Below the pieces are notes generated by a model. It saw only the letters and a program-made list of their open reading frames with translations. It did no database searches and was not told the origin of the DNA. Both the position numbers and the translations under genes were made by a program. Shown here piece after piece: positions 62,782-64,000 of a stretch of DNA of 64,000 bases. Source of the stretch: Candidatus Latescibacterota bacterium (lineage in GTDB: Bacteria > Latescibacterota > UBA2968 > GCA-2709665); contig OZ242358.1 in NCBI GenBank assembly GCA_965208835.1, forward strand, positions 2,176,001-2,240,000, written 5' to 3'. Position 1 is the stretch's first letter. Each line of letters begins with the position of its first letter.

Positions 62782-63614
62782 ACACGAAACTGGCATGCTC
62801 GGACTTTACCTTTCCCCTGCTTTCCCACGAAGACGCGCTTAAACTGGTCTCGATGCTGGGTTTCGACGGCGTGGATATCGGACTCTTCGAAGAGAGGTCG
62901 CATCTGTGGCCTTCGCGTGAGTTTGAAGATGTACCGCGCTCCGCCCGCGAATTGAAGAAAAAACTGGATGACGTCGGACTCGAGCCAGCCGATGTGTTTT
63001 TGCAGATGGCGATGGATTTCGTGCCCTTTGCGATCAACCATCCGCAGCGGTCGCGGCGTCAAAAGGCACGGGAATGGTACCTGAAAACGCTGGAATACGC
63101 CGCGGAGTGCGGGTGCGCACACGTGACGTCGCTGCCGGGTGTACATTACCCGGACGAGGCGCGCGCCGACTCGTTCAGCCGTGCCGTGGATGAATTGAAC
63201 TGGCGCGTGGCGCGGGCGGGGGAATACGGCATCGTATTCGGCGTCGAGGCGCACGTCGGTTCCCTGGTTCCACAGCCGAAATCGACGGAACGCCTCATGC
63301 AGGCGGTTCCCGGCCTGACGCTGACGCTCGATTACACGCATTTCACGAAAATCGGCCTGCCGGATTCGGACGTGGAACCGCTCATGAAATATGCCAGTCA
63401 CTTCCACGCGCGCGGTGCGCGGCGGGGCCGGTTACAGACGTCTTTCGATCAGAATGTCATCGACTACCGGCGGGTCGTCGAACTGATGGGGGCCAGTGGA
63501 TATCGAGGATGGCTGGGCGTCGAATACATATGGATCGACTGGGAGCATTGCAACGAATGCGACACCGTATCGGAAACGGTTCGATTTCGCGATTTCTTCA
63601 GATCGATGAAATGA
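62778..63614 (+). CDS. Sugar-phosphate isomerase/epimerase (xylose-isomerase-like TIM barrel)
   Basis: TTG after AGGAG; GFDGVD, VEAH, LDYTH, HFH, GYRGWLGVE. Confidence 0.85.
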   Translation: MNTKLACSDFTFPLLSHEDALKLVSMLGFDGVDIGLFEERSHLWPSREFEDVPRSARELKKKLDDVGLEPADVFLQMAMDFVPFAINHPQRSRRQKAREWYLKTLEYAAECGCAHVTSLPGVHYPDEARADSFSRAVDELNWRVARAGEYGIVFGVEAHVGSLVPQPKSTERLMQAVPGLTLTLDYTHFTKIGLPDSDVEPLMKYASHFHARGARRGRLQTSFDQNVIDYRRVVELMGASGYRGWLGVEYIWIDWEHCNECDTVSETVRFRDFFRSMK

Positions 63615-63662
63615 AACGCAGGGTGGATTTGGCGACCCGAACGGGGGTCAGGTTCGGCCCTA

Positions 63663-63691
63663 TTGACAAGCCAGGAATTCACGAGTATATT
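63663..63691 (+). promoter_or_regulatory. sigma70 promoter of ssb
   Basis: TTGACA-17 bp-TATATT. Confidence 0.75.
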
Positions 63692-63769
63692 CGATTGAAC
63701 ACGATTTCGTCAAGGATCGTGCCATCGTCCATATCAGATTGTTTTTCTTTTATTTAAAGGAGACACATC

Positions 63770-64000
63770 ATGGCACGTAGAGGTGTAAACAAGGTAATTC
63801 TGATTGGCAACGTGGGAGCGGATCCCGAACTGCGATATACACCCAGCGGAACCGCCGTCACGAATTTCAATATCGCCACCAATGAGAGCTGGTCCGACAG
63901 TTCCGGCGAACGCCAGGAGCGGACCGAATGGCATCGGATCGTGGTTTGGCGGCGGCTGGCGGAAATCTGCAATCAGTATCTGCGTAAGGGCAGCAGGGTC
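63770..64000 (+). CDS. ssb: Single-stranded DNA-binding protein (truncated by the window end)
   Basis: AAGGAG RBS; [42 protein letters not shown]. Confidence 0.97.
   Translation, partial: MARRGVNKVILIGNVGADPELRYTPSGTAVTNFNIATNESWSDSSGERQERTEWHRIVVWRRLAEICNQYLRKGSRV

Overview
GC-rich bacterial chromosome segment, mostly housekeeping. It holds a complete rRNA operon (16S-tRNA-Ile-tRNA-Ala-23S-5S) followed by an EF-G2-type fusA. A ~20 kb plus-strand run follows (yebC-ruvCAB-tsaB-rimI-holB-metG-tatD-rsmA-ilvE-proC-hisH-hisF-proB-ftsB-recO-valS-PBP1A), then a minus-strand run (rho-rpmE-prfA-prmC, two heparinase II/III-like proteins, xth, an aldolase, a polyprenyl synthetase, secDF). Next come a regulatory module (cytoplasmic PAS kinase, sigma54 activator, an enhancer-bearing sigma54 promoter, then PTS EIIA and a short sigma70-family sigma), HU, a five-gene sugar-catabolism-like operon and ssb. 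rRNA signatures and gene content suggest an uncultured FCB-group lineage such as Latescibacterota-like (inference only, no search run). Most notable: (1) an apparent two-component/sigma54-to-sigma70 cascade readable from the DNA; (2) three families of intergenic miniature inverted-repeat elements, one nested in another, sharing an ERIC-like CAAGGC...CAACGC core; (3) coupled substitutions in normally invariant rRNA positions (23S H71 and A-loop, 16S h30, EUB338/341F site); (4) a lipoprotein alpha/beta-hydrolase lacking both catalytic Ser and His. No CRISPR array, transposase or prophage was seen. Start codons were refined by eye. Family names and E. coli rRNA numbering come from recall, not database searches.
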